Below, piece after piece: positions 62,460 through 64,000 of a stretch of 64,000 nucleotides of DNA; the stretch's first letter is position 1; the number at the start of each line of letters is the position of its first letter. The notes under the pieces were generated by a model. That model ran no database searches and had not been told where the DNA came from. It saw only the letters and a program-made list of their open reading frames with translations. The translations under genes were made by a program, and so were the position numbers. The DNA is from Ancylonema sp. (taxonomy: Eukaryota), in NCBI GenBank assembly GCA_050230475.1, contig JBFLGF010000131.1:1-64000 (forward strand), given 5' to 3'.

Positions 62460-62810
62460 AGGGTTAGGGGGCAGGCCAGGGTAGAGTAGCCGTCGGTGAA
62501 CTTCCTGTAGAAGTTGGCAAAGCCAAGGAACAACTGCACCTCATTGACTGACTGGGGAATTGGCCAGTCAAGGAGGGAAGCCACCTTGGCCGGATCCATC
62601 TCCACCCCAGCTGGTGAGATCTTGTAGCCTAGGAAGGCGATGTCATCCACGTGGAACTCGCACTTCTCCGGTTTAGTGTAGAGCTTGTGCTTCCGTAGGA
62701 CTGCACGGACGTGGGGGACGTGTTCCTCCTCGGTGTCAGAGTAAATGAAAATGTCGTCTTGACATCGAGGTACTCGCGGAAGACGTCTGTGATGAATGCC
62801 GCGGATACAG
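62460..62810 (-). mobile_element. Ty3/Gypsy reverse transcriptase fragment
   Basis: [11 protein letters not shown] / DDIFIYS..EEH..HV..KCEF...[41 protein letters not shown]. Confidence 0.92.
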
Positions 62811-64000
62811 TATAAAAACGTGATATAGCGGTTGCTCATATGAAACGAGTTTTCAGTTCAACGTTCTCAAATACATTTCACCGATGCTCCTACATTTATT
62901 ATACATCTTCATTCACTTGCAATGCGTGATGTGCAAGTGCATTGAGATACACCAATCCACATAATGATTAAACGTGTTCTATTCAAAGAAATTGACGAAT
63001 AGAGTGATACGTACAGCAAATGCACTTGGCTTCCACAAATATTCATTACCCAATGCATTATGGATTTTTTTCATCCGTATTTCCTTATAATAAGGATCGT
63101 TTGTGCAATGGCAAAGCTAGTAGTTGATGCCTCTAGAGTGTTCATTGTCAGTGTGAGATTATTGTGAGTTATAATTTCTAAAAGATGCAATCCTTACATG
63201 TAACAATATTTAGGGTACACATTTTTAAAAAATACGCGATCCCCCCTCCCCCAAATGCCAAAAATACAATGCGCAAAAGACGGTACTTTCTAACCCCAAA
63301 GTATTGATGGAACGCAACATATTTCGTAACCCTAAAAAATGTAGGGTGGTGTTCATTTTTAGGCGAGAAAAATAAACATAGGTTTAATTCAGAATGCATA
63401 CCATATGACACGCCACATGCATTAGCTTAGAAGTCGTATCGAATTTTGTTTTATTTCCTTTCCCAATAGACGCAAAACATCCTCAAATCTAGTCAACCGG
63501 TCTTGGACCATTCAAGTCCGTGATCAAATGCGGATTGTCTCCGACCATGTGGCCCTAGACCCACCTATGATTCACAACATAGGCGGTCCCAATCCAATCG
63601 GGGATTTCTAATCTCATGCCACTTCGGTCTCGACTCGATCCGCGTCACAACACCATCTTTACTTGAAAGTTGAGGGGGAGAAGAGATCGTTGTATGTACA
63701 CAATATGGCGTAAAATATAAATGATCGTATTCCCACGCCCTCCTCCCCTTGGTTGGGCCCGATCTGAATCAACCACTTTACTAGCCATGCATAATGACCC
63801 TCAAATAATTATGAGAAGGGCGGGTCGGGTTGAATTCATTTTTTTTTTGTTGGGTGAAAAAGTGGCTCATTATATATTGTGGGTCACTTGATAACAACTA
63901 TTTCAAAAGTTTTGTTTTTTTTCTCCAGATGCGCAGGTGGGTCATGTGGTGGTTCGTGAGCTAAAATTAATTTATTTTAGGACACCACGGTCATGACGTA

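Overview
Eukaryotic, green-lineage (streptophyte-like) nuclear DNA: intron-rich genes in a dense matrix of transposon debris. I could build four spliced genes by hand with GT..AG junctions and matching phases: a divergent beta-tubulin (+, 4 exons), a leishmanolysin/M8 metalloprotease with an EGF module and TM anchor (-, at least 15 exons, one frameshift), a small basic 86-aa plant-type protein missing from the ORF track (-, 3 exons), and a pTAC14/PAP7-like plastid SET-domain protein (-, 11 exons, 521 aa). There is also an intronless F-box/LRR pseudogene. Mobile DNA includes Ty3 gag-protease and RT fragments, a decayed Ty1/copia, two opposed LTRs, LINE relics, a CRE/R2-type restriction-like endonuclease 3' fragment, TA-flanked pogo/Tc1-type MITEs and hAT-like elements with 8-bp TSDs. 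The most striking patterns are: (i) non-autonomous TIR elements repeatedly stacked end-to-end at one shared target site (three at 58.8-61.8 kb, plus further cases and a 17-bp = 8+1+8 duplication); (ii) about 27 CACGTG G-boxes across the 12-kb protease locus; (iii) opposed telomere-like 7-mer arrays in a pTAC14 intron. No CRISPR array, rRNA or tRNA was seen. Family assignments rest on motif recognition from memory, not database searches.
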